IMG/VR virus record: IMGVR_UViG_3300023092_000001
Span: 6,825 to 70,824 of that record
Length of the DNA: 64,000 nt
Reading direction: 5' to 3' (one strand)
Source: a virus
Lineage: Duplodnaviria; Caudoviricetes
The notes under the pieces were generated by a model. That model was not told the origin of the DNA, did no database searches, and saw only the letters and a program-made list of their open reading frames with translations. How positions within the stretch are numbered: the stretch's first letter is position 1; every line of letters starts with the position of its first letter. Below are positions 17,326-25,015 of this stretch, piece after piece. A program made the translations under genes and the position numbers.

Positions 17326-19073
17326 TGAGCGCTTCATGGAAAACATCTCCACAGTGGAGGATCGCGCCCTCATGGAGGGGAAATCCCACATGGAGAAATA
17401 ATCCATCTTGGCACACACCAAGCCCTCCTAATCCGCCATCGCCACCAACATTTGACTCGACCCCAGCGATACTTAGTGATGGCGATGTAACTCAACCGAT
17501 CACGGGGGACATCTTTACTGCTTCAGTTTCTGTCAGTGGGACAACACCGATTACGACCACATATCAGTGGCAGAAGGACACGGGTGGAGGGTTTGCCAAC
17601 ATTGTTGGTGCAACATCGTCAACATACACCGTGCCATCAGGTCAGACTGGTAATAAGTACCGTGTCGTTGTTGGTATCTCAAACATAGTTGGGAATGACA
17701 GCGCTAATAGCAATGAATCGGGTGTGGTTGTTGCCACAACGACATCAATATTCAACGTTGATAACACTAATTCCACCATCGGACCTCAGGGTGTATTTAC
17801 CACCCCATTCCAGTTCATCAATACAGGCACAATTGCATCGTTCCGTTGTTATGGATACAAGGTGACGCTCAAGAACATGCAGGCCGCTGGAGCAAACGCG
17901 AGGCTGTGGGTTAATGGAGTCCTGTTCGGAACCATTTCGTCCACAAGCTACCACGATGAGATTGTGTGGCATGGTCCTGAGCAATGGGTTTTGGTGGAGG
18001 TTGATTGCCGTAACCAGACGCTTTATTTCGGTACTGTTGGCGCTTGGGTTCAGGTGATAGGGACAGCTCCAGCTATAGGCATTGATCCGGCTATTGGACG
18101 CCGCTTGGGTCCAACGGGCGCAACCGCGTTTAACCCCGTCAATGCGACCGTGATCCCTGAGGATCATTACATATCTCTTATCGCGAAAGCAGATAGCATG
18201 CTTATTCGCACTAATCTCAACTCTGGTTACATTCCTAATTCGGGGGGGTGGACCAATGATCAGCCTCAAGAGAGTACGAATGTGGTAGTTTCCCAGCCTT
18301 GGGGAACATTTAGACGCGTTACGTTGGGTGGAGATCCTCTAGCTGCAAAAGAGCACCTTTATCGCCTCCAAACAAGCGCCATCATCAGCGATATTCTCTT
18401 GCAGGGGGGTGACTCCAGCGCAGACGCCCCAACAACTGTTCGTGAATATGGCCTTGTCGTTACAGGAACCAGCCTCACCACGAGCGTAGAAGGCGTAATT
18501 TTTGGCGGATGGAGCCAGAAGATCACCAACAACCTTCATGGCCGAGTTCAGACGATCAATTTAGGCATCGGCGGAAGCCCCCTTTACCCCAATTACCCAG
18601 GAGAGAGCGGATTCAAGTCCAGCTTCTTCATCAAAGATCAGATCGTTGATAACCTCAATCTTTTCGCTAATCCAATCTTCTTCATCTCACATCTATGCAA
18701 CGATGTGGGCAACCTGAATGTTTCTGGAGTCCCCAAGACTCCGACAGAATTTAAGGACAAGTTGGTGGAGTTGGTGGAGTACATCATTGCCAATGTCCCA
18801 AACCTCTACCATGTCTTCATCGGGGACATCGAGACCCACTACCAAGAGGCGTTCAGACCAACGTGGAGCCCGGCATTGCCTGCTGCGGTGGCTGAACTGA
18901 ATGGCACGTACCCAGGGCTTTGCACCTACATCGCCACAGACCAAGATGTGGGCGGAGGCGTTCTTTGGTATCAAACAGTCGCGGTTGCCGTGGACAATAT
19001 CCACCCAACCGATGCGGGATGTGAGACTATCGCACTCCATCACGGTCCTTATATTGATGCTGTTCTGGTATAG
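17325..19073 (+). CDS. Tail fibre/receptor-binding protein: Trp repeat + Ig-like domain + SGNH hydrolase
   Basis: Ig-like segment (TYQWQKD..FANIVGATSSTYTV..GNKYRVVV); SGNH blocks VTGTSL, NLGIGG, LCND, DNIHP. Confidence 0.7.
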   Translation: MSASWKTSPQWRIAPSWRGNPTWRNNPSWHTPSPPNPPSPPTFDSTPAILSDGDVTQPITGDIFTASVSVSGTTPITTTYQWQKDTGGGFANIVGATSSTYTVPSGQTGNKYRVVVGISNIVGNDSANSNESGVVVATTTSIFNVDNTNSTIGPQGVFTTPFQFINTGTIASFRCYGYKVTLKNMQAAGANARLWVNGVLFGTISSTSYHDEIVWHGPEQWVLVEVDCRNQTLYFGTVGAWVQVIGTAPAIGIDPAIGRRLGPTGATAFNPVNATVIPEDHYISLIAKADSMLIRTNLNSGYIPNSGGWTNDQPQESTNVVVSQPWGTFRRVTLGGDPLAAKEHLYRLQTSAIISDILLQGGDSSADAPTTVREYGLVVTGTSLTTSVEGVIFGGWSQKITNNLHGRVQTINLGIGGSPLYPNYPGESGFKSSFFIKDQIVDNLNLFANPIFFISHLCNDVGNLNVSGVPKTPTEFKDKLVELVEYIIANVPNLYHVFIGDIETHYQEAFRPTWSPALPAAVAELNGTYPGLCTYIATDQDVGGGVLWYQTVAVAVDNIHPTDAGCETIALHHGPYIDAVLV

Positions 19074-19083
19074 TTTGTAAATT

Positions 19084-19689
19084 ATGATCTCTCCAGATTT
19101 AATACTCAGCAAGATCGACATGGCGGCACCTTCCATGCAAGGGATTGAGGCTATGAATGCTTCGTATTTTTACCCACAGACCACCAACCCCACCTGCACC
19201 ATGACGCCTGGATTCCTAGTTTTAGCCTCTGGGATTACGGTCCTTATCGGGGCGGCTCAGATCGAGGTGGCGACCTTGGATTCCATGTTCGCCATCCTAA
19301 CCTTGGCTGGAGCCTTGGTTGCCTCCTCCACGGCCTTTCTTGTTAACCCCACAAGGGAGACAGTCAGCGTGAAAATCGGGCGAACTCTCTTTTCGGGTGC
19401 ATTTGGAGTGGTTGGATCTCGAATGATCTGGCATCTCAGCGCCAAGTACGAATGGTTATCGGGGATTCGCGACATGCTCGCCAGCGACCAGATCGTGCTC
19501 TTTGGAGCGGGCTTGGTAATCGGCCTTATTGGGCTCTGGATTTCGGTCTCGGTCTTTAAGACGGGCGAGCGCCATGCTAAGAATATAGTGGAAAGATACG
19601 CAAATTGGGCCGATCATCGGTATGGTCCTCCTGATGTCGCTCCTCAGATCCGGCACACAGCGGCGGAAGATGACGACAAGAAGAAGTGA
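19084..19689 (+). CDS. Multi-pass membrane protein (holin-like candidate)
   Basis: About four hydrophobic helices and a charged C-terminus (EDDDKKK). Confidence 0.5.
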   Translation: MISPDLILSKIDMAAPSMQGIEAMNASYFYPQTTNPTCTMTPGFLVLASGITVLIGAAQIEVATLDSMFAILTLAGALVASSTAFLVNPTRETVSVKIGRTLFSGAFGVVGSRMIWHLSAKYEWLSGIRDMLASDQIVLFGAGLVIGLIGLWISVSVFKTGERHAKNIVERYANWADHRYGPPDVAPQIRHTAAEDDDKKK

Positions 19690-19723
19690 TGAGCCTTTGA
19701 TCAAACCTTAATATCCCAAGCTA

Positions 19724-20059
19724 ATGTCTTATAATCCATCCCCGGCAGCATGGCTCACAGGTTACTCTCTAGTATCTAGTGAGGCGAAGTTTCGTACCTC
19801 AACCGCAGGATCAAATGTTACCCTAACAAAGCTAACGGACGCCGAGGCAAACGCTACAACTGGGAGTATCGCCGAGTTAATCTGGGCTATGTGCTATGAG
19901 TTTTATGATGCATGGGATGGCATCTCGCCAGTTAATCGACCGCCTATCTTCAATATCACAAAGTCGGTTACGGCAAACCCAGATCTAATCACGCAGAAAG
20001 AGGTGTATACCTTTACTTTTCAAACAACCACGAACGCAACCAACGTGGTTTCTCCGTAA
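19724..20059 (+). CDS. Hypothetical virion protein
   Basis: Thr/Ala-rich ORF in the structural operon. Confidence 0.55.
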   Translation: MSYNPSPAAWLTGYSLVSSEAKFRTSTAGSNVTLTKLTDAEANATTGSIAELIWAMCYEFYDAWDGISPVNRPPIFNITKSVTANPDLITQKEVYTFTFQTTTNATNVVSP

Positions 20060-20063
20060 CATC

Positions 20064-20519
20064 ATGTCAGCCACCGTCATCGTTTACCTCGAAGGACAGC
20101 GTACCGCCAAGATTGACGGTTGTACGGGTGATCCTGTGCTGATGGTGTTCGACATGTCGAGCGGCACATATCGCGATCAGTTCACCATCGCCAACGACAA
20201 TGAGGGCCTGTTCTTCCCTGGTCTAAACAACGATCCTGCGGCCATAGCTATCCAAGTTCCACCAGTGGTACAGGCCGCGCTTGTGCCTACGGGGAATATC
20301 ACCATTGTTCACCCGCTTCCAAGCTCGACCACCTCTAATCTTGAGGCAAGCTCGTTTGCCATCGCGGTGTCAGACGAAATAGCACACACCCCACCACGAA
20401 CTGAGGTGTCGCAGTTATCGTATTGGTGCTTTCCCACCAACAAGGATGGTGTGATCATGTTCCAAAGGTGGAGGATGGATAAAGTCATCGGGTGGTGTAA
20501 TATGCCGCCAACGATCTAA
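20064..20519 (+). CDS. Hypothetical virion protein
   Basis: Tightly packed in the structural operon. Confidence 0.55.
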   Translation: MSATVIVYLEGQRTAKIDGCTGDPVLMVFDMSSGTYRDQFTIANDNEGLFFPGLNNDPAAIAIQVPPVVQAALVPTGNITIVHPLPSSTTSNLEASSFAIAVSDEIAHTPPRTEVSQLSYWCFPTNKDGVIMFQRWRMDKVIGWCNMPPTI

Positions 20520-21331
20520 TGGCATCTACATTCCAGCTTATTGGCACGGACAACCCCACCGAATGGATGGTGGCTATAACGATTCCAGACCAATCCATCA
20601 ACGAGAAGTTGGCGCTGTTGCCAAGCGGAAATATTCTAGAGCAGTATACGCCATACAACAAATTTACCTGGGGAGGTACACTTCCTCGGTCCACCGAGTT
20701 TGGCAATTATCGGTACATGACAAGTAGAAAGAACTCGGCAGATAGCACGACATTCTACTTCGCGAAACCTCGAACCGATGAGGAAAAGAACACTCCCTAT
20801 AAAATAATCTGGGGGACCCACGACTTCGTTTGGCCAGCAGTTTTATTAGATCTGTACTTCATTAAGTCCTCTTTCCCGCAGAACACTTACAACGGGACGA
20901 CAACCGAAAGCGCGATCCGTTACTTCCAGCGCCACAAGTACGTGCCTTCCACACCAGCAAACAGCGTGGTGAAGATCGAGAAGTTCTTGTCAGACACCTC
21001 ATGGACGTACAGCCAACTCACCCACGAACAACCTGTTACGGCTGAGATCGACGGCACATTTCTGGGGCTCCAGGTTACGTTTCCTCGGTGCTTGCATCGT
21101 CGCGTAATCCTCAAGGAACTTGTTCCAGGGGCCCAGATCGTCTATGGCAGTGGCATGGATGGCTCAGACCGCCAGGGCACGCCTAGGCAGCAGATATTCC
21201 CTGCCACCAACTTTGTGGACTGGGATGCTTTTGTCTTTGCGGATGATGCGCCAGAGAACGAGTATAAGATGTTCGAACGGCAAAAGGTGACAATTTACCC
21301 GCCAACTCGAACAGAGCCTATCCAAAACTGA
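20519..21331 (+). CDS. Hypothetical tail protein
   Basis: 270 aa, beta-rich; start overlaps the previous stop. Confidence 0.55.
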   Translation: MASTFQLIGTDNPTEWMVAITIPDQSINEKLALLPSGNILEQYTPYNKFTWGGTLPRSTEFGNYRYMTSRKNSADSTTFYFAKPRTDEEKNTPYKIIWGTHDFVWPAVLLDLYFIKSSFPQNTYNGTTTESAIRYFQRHKYVPSTPANSVVKIEKFLSDTSWTYSQLTHEQPVTAEIDGTFLGLQVTFPRCLHRRVILKELVPGAQIVYGSGMDGSDRQGTPRQQIFPATNFVDWDAFVFADDAPENEYKMFERQKVTIYPPTRTEPIQN

Positions 21332-21335
21332 CCCC

Positions 21336-22097
21336 ATGCCCAAGAGCCCCCAGCCACCATCTCCTACTGGGTCATTCTTTAGTGCGCGCAGGTGGGTTAT
21401 GGGCGATGGCCCAGTGACTAGCTTTAAGTCGTGGGATGGCAAGACTGACATCATTCAGTCGTCTCCGGCCCCCATAGTTAAGCAGGAGAACTACTCGGTG
21501 ACGTTTATCCCGCCACCGACCACCACGAGTACGTCAACAACTCCTGATACCACGACTACGACCACGACAGAGGATACTACCACGACCTCTACCTCAACAA
21601 CCGAGGACACAACGACTACCACAACAGAGGACACGACAACGACCGCAGATACGACTACGACATCGACGACAACAACTGAAGAGACGACCACCACAACAGA
21701 AGAGACGACGACTACAAGTACAACCACGACCGCAGAAACGACCACAAGCACGAGCACAACGCTGCCGCCTGTGGACTACTATTACTTCACGCCATCAGAC
21801 ACCAATCTCCCTATGGAGGACGGGGCCACGGAGCCGCTTTCCGCCACTCTTTATGCCCACACAAGCGGTGGTGATTTCGTGGTTGCTGGGGCTGCCGTGG
21901 ACTTCACGATTATCACGGGTAGCGGATCACTCAGTGCTCCTAGCGGGTTAACGAATGGGTCGGGTGTGGCTACGGTGGATTATACGAATGACGCCTCTGA
22001 TGCCACTATCTCCATTATTGCGGTCGGCAAGCCTAGCATGGGAGGACCAGATGCGAGGTCAGATTTCCATATCCTCAATCCCTCGCCGTCCCCATGA
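21336..22097 (+). CDS. Mucin-like Thr-rich protein with C-terminal Big_1-like Ig domain
   Basis: 81-aa tract (21519-21761) with 57 Thr and 8 Ser; C-terminal VAGAAVDFTI..G.GSLS..SGLTNGSGVATVDYT is an intimin/invasin Big_1-like pattern. Confidence 0.8.
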   Translation: MPKSPQPPSPTGSFFSARRWVMGDGPVTSFKSWDGKTDIIQSSPAPIVKQENYSVTFIPPPTTTSTSTTPDTTTTTTTEDTTTTSTSTTEDTTTTTTEDTTTTADTTTTSTTTTEETTTTTEETTTTSTTTTAETTTSTSTTLPPVDYYYFTPSDTNLPMEDGATEPLSATLYAHTSGGDFVVAGAAVDFTIITGSGSLSAPSGLTNGSGVATVDYTNDASDATISIIAVGKPSMGGPDARSDFHILNPSPSP

Positions 22098-22702
22098 GGC
22101 ACTACGACTTCATCGAAATAGGAACCTCGGACTTTGATTCCATAATCGGTCATTGCAGCGATGATGCGGTTGGCATCTCAATCGAGCCGATCTCATGGTA
22201 CTTGGACTCTCTACCCAACCCGCCCAAGGTGGCTAAGGTCAATGAGGCGATCTCGAACGTTCCAGGGCTATGTGAGATAAGGTATGTGCCAAGGGATAAG
22301 GTGGAACTCTACGGTTTGCCGTTATGGCTGAGAGGCTGTGCTCAGATCGACAGCACTCATCCCATTATCGAGCAATACATCGCTTGCGGAAAACTACCCG
22401 CTGAGGAGGTAATGGTGCGGACTGTGCGCAAAACTACCCTTCTAGACATTTACGACCGCTTTCGGGTGGCGTCAGTGGATCTGCTGAAGATCGACGCCGA
22501 GGGCCATGACACAGTGATCCTGGACGGATTCATCGAGCAGTTCATGGAAACCCAGAGGCGGAAGAAACGCCTGCCCAAGAGGATATTTTTTGAGTCCAAC
22601 TCGCTAACTACACCCCAGGCCTTGGCAAAAACAGTGGGTTTGTACGAGGCTGTCGGATACGAGGTTGAATCCACGGGCTACAATACTACTTTGGTGCGAT
22701 GA
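22094..22702 (+). CDS. FkbM-family methyltransferase 3
   Basis: FIEIGTSDFD, ISIEP, VDLLKIDAEGHDTVIL, P..IFFE; coupled to both neighbours by ATGA overlaps. Confidence 0.8.
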   Translation: MRHYDFIEIGTSDFDSIIGHCSDDAVGISIEPISWYLDSLPNPPKVAKVNEAISNVPGLCEIRYVPRDKVELYGLPLWLRGCAQIDSTHPIIEQYIACGKLPAEEVMVRTVRKTTLLDIYDRFRVASVDLLKIDAEGHDTVILDGFIEQFMETQRRKKRLPKRIFFESNSLTTPQALAKTVGLYEAVGYEVESTGYNTTLVR

Positions 22703-23574
22703 GCGCACTGAAGCTGAGTATTTGTATGGCGACGTTCGATGATTTCGATGGAGTTTCTTTCTCGATTCAGGCTATCCGCATGTACCACAATCTACCTGAT
22801 GTGGAGTTTGTGGTGCTCGACAACAACCCAGACGGAGCCCACGGAAAGGCTGTAAAGCAGTTCCTCCAGGACATCCCGAATCACAAGTACGTCGAAGTTC
22901 GGGATCGCAAGGGAAGCTGGGTGAAGTACTTGGCGGCTCAACATGCCTCACCTGATAGAGACATCGTTTTGGTCCTCGATTGCCATGTGCTGCTCGTGCC
23001 TGGGTTCTTTGACGCGCTCTTCACCTTTTGGGAGAACAACCCCAGGAGTGCCAATATGCTGACTGGGCCGATCATATACAACCGTTTCGATGCTATCAGC
23101 ACGCACATGGACCCTGTGTGGCGAGGTCATGACTTCGGCATCTGGGCAAATCACCCCGACCACGCTCTAGGTCTGCCGTTTGAGATCCCTATGATGGGTA
23201 TGGCCTGCTTTAGTTTCCTCCGCCGAGCTTGGCAGCCGATTACGCCGCTTGTGAAGGGATTCGGCTCCGAGGAGTGGTATATGGCCGAGCACACGCGTAG
23301 GAACGGGGGTATCATTGTTTGCCACCCAAAGATGCGCTGGTGGCACAGGTTTGGCAGGCCATTAGGGATTCCGTTTCCCATCTCGGTCGAGGACAAAGTC
23401 CATAATTACTACGCTGGGTGGCTCGATCTTTATGAAACCTTGAGTCACCCTAGGATCGTGGAGATGAGCCGCTGGTGGTGCAAGGAACCTCAGGCTAACG
23501 GAAGGCCTGTGCTGAGTGAGGGTGTGCTTCGAGGGATTGTGCGCGGGATTACGGACGAGAAGCTTGTGCTGTAG
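22699..23574 (+). CDS. GT-A glycosyltransferase (GT2-like N-terminus; DxH and ppGalNAc-T-like C-terminal motifs)
   Basis: LSICMATFDD, EFVVLDNN, LVLDCH, P.MGMACFS, GFGSEE, NGG....P..RWWHRF. Confidence 0.75.
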   Translation: MSALKLSICMATFDDFDGVSFSIQAIRMYHNLPDVEFVVLDNNPDGAHGKAVKQFLQDIPNHKYVEVRDRKGSWVKYLAAQHASPDRDIVLVLDCHVLLVPGFFDALFTFWENNPRSANMLTGPIIYNRFDAISTHMDPVWRGHDFGIWANHPDHALGLPFEIPMMGMACFSFLRRAWQPITPLVKGFGSEEWYMAEHTRRNGGIIVCHPKMRWWHRFGRPLGIPFPISVEDKVHNYYAGWLDLYETLSHPRIVEMSRWWCKEPQANGRPVLSEGVLRGIVRGITDEKLVL

Positions 23575-23608
23575 GGAAGAGCACATCCGGTAAAGGTGGG
23601 CGCAGGGG

Positions 23609-24130
23609 TTAGGCTAGAGAGGAAAGTTTGATGTCGCCCGACCAACCCCGTTGCCAATGCATCGCCCCAAGTTGAAAGCCAGACTGCGGAAACTCCTTCG
23701 GCATATCGCATAGCAGGATCTCCTTGAGACCGAAGCCTGCCGCCTTCACGTCGCGCACACGGGCCTTGGTCCAACAGTGGTTGACTGTGATGAGGAAGAC
23801 GATGTTATCCGCAAGCTGCATGGAACGTTGCAGGAATGGGCGGAAGAGGGACCAAGGCGGGTTTGTGATGATCCATGTGTATCCCTTCTGAAACTTGGCA
23901 TCCAGAAAATCGCGCCCCTGCTTGATTTCACACCAGTAACCACCATCCAGCGCCGTCCATTCATGCCTCTCGTTGTAGGTGTCAAAAGCCTGAATAAAAG
24001 CACCATCACCACTACATGGCTCCAAGACTGTTCCTCTAGGGCGAAAGTGCGACACAATGGCATCCGCCAAAGCTTGTGGCGTCTGCACGTCGTCATTGCT
24101 GACGTAATCTCGGTTTGGCTGGCTTTTCAT
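23609..24130 (-). CDS. N6-adenine (amino) DNA methyltransferase, orphan
   Basis: TPQ.LA, VLEPCSGDGAF (motif I), ITNPPWS (motif IV); no cognate REase nearby. Confidence 0.85.
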   Translation of the reverse strand: MKSQPNRDYVSNDDVQTPQALADAIVSHFRPRGTVLEPCSGDGAFIQAFDTYNERHEWTALDGGYWCEIKQGRDFLDAKFQKGYTWIITNPPWSLFRPFLQRSMQLADNIVFLITVNHCWTKARVRDVKAAGFGLKEILLCDMPKEFPQSGFQLGAMHWQRGWSGDIKLSSLA

Positions 24131-24888
24131 AATGTTGTTTCTTGCGTTTCTCTTCTCTGCAAAACCCCTCTCTCAGGAACCCTATTTCCTTCGGGACGAG
24201 TCCGGCTTTCGGGGCATAGCTCGCCCATTGCTGGGGAGCCATGTTGAACACCTTCTCCTTGCGGAACTGAGATGGTTTCAGGACATGTGGGCGTGAAGAT
24301 GATTGGCGGACGCTGCATTGGCCTCGCGCTTTCCCTTGAGGCTCGCCTACTTCTTCCCACTCGCTCGCCGGACGGATTGAACATCCCTGCTTACCTGAGT
24401 CACAAGCGCTCAGGATTACCACGCCGCACTTTCGGTCAGGCGTGGCACGTCTTGGGTTTCTACTGACAGAAGGAAGATTTCAGGGGGCAGGTCGCTACTC
24501 CTGCTATGCGCCACGTTCGCGGGTCACTGTTTCCCGCGTTACTTTCACGGGAGGCAATTCGAAACGCCAGGATAGCCTGCTGCGCGTGTCTCTCGATGAT
24601 GGACGATTACGTCTAAGACCTCATCGTATTGGCTTCCACGCCGCCCCTGAAATCTTCCTTCAAATCGTGACCGAAAGCAGAGTTGAGCGGGCCGGGTGGG
24701 ATCAATACTTTTCACAAACTCCCCAGCAACGTCACCTCCAAGTGACCCGAGAGCAGTTCACTCGCGATGTGCTCGCTTGACGCTACTGGCTCTCCGCTTT
24801 TGCCGCTCAACTCTACTTTCAAATCATTCCGCCCCTTCGCCGTCTCGCTGACTCCGCAGAGTGCTGCACGGCTCTAAAACAAGGCAAC
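24131..24888 (-). ncRNA. Candidate large structured non-coding RNA (unassigned family)
   Basis: No convincing ORF; two 18-bp long-range helices and at least seven local hairpins; mismatches resolve as G-U only on the minus strand. Confidence 0.5.
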
Positions 24889-24918
24889 AAAAAAGCTAGG
24901 CCGTTGCGGGGCCTAGCT
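24889..24918 (-). terminator. Rho-independent terminator downstream of terL
   Basis: Minus strand AGCTAGGCC-ccgcaac-GGCCTAGCT followed by a T run. Confidence 0.8.
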
Positions 24919-25015
24919 CAGTTGCAGATTCGCAAGTGGCAAGATCGCTCCCGCAACGGGCGAATCCTTATGTCTAACAGGATTCTGCCACGCCCCCAAA
25001 ACTCTGCAACTAAAA

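Noticed and set aside
21491-21757. Poly-Val antisense ORF that looks like a membrane protein
   Set aside because: It is the reverse complement of the ACN Thr codons.
24093-24780. Short ORFs 24093..24422, 24127..24384, 24272..24466, 24442..24780
   Set aside because: They overlap each other in several frames and strands, have no recognisable motifs, and coincide with the dense hairpins; a non-coding reading is more economical, though 24093..24422 is not strictly excluded.
24830-24875. GAGCCGT...ACGGC-GAAGGGG looks loosely like group II intron domain V
   Set aside because: Stem geometry and bulge do not fit, it would lie at the 5' end of the region, there is no RT/maturase, and both flanking genes are intact.
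24864-24880. Minus-strand GTTTTAGAGCCGTGCAG resembles the start of type II-A CRISPR repeats (GTTTTAGAGCTGTGCTG)
   Set aside because: Single copy, the rest of the 36-nt repeat and its terminal AAAAC are absent, and there are no spacers or cas genes; a 10-mer match has roughly a 1-in-10 chance in this much sequence. Not called a CRISPR or RNA anti-CRISPR.
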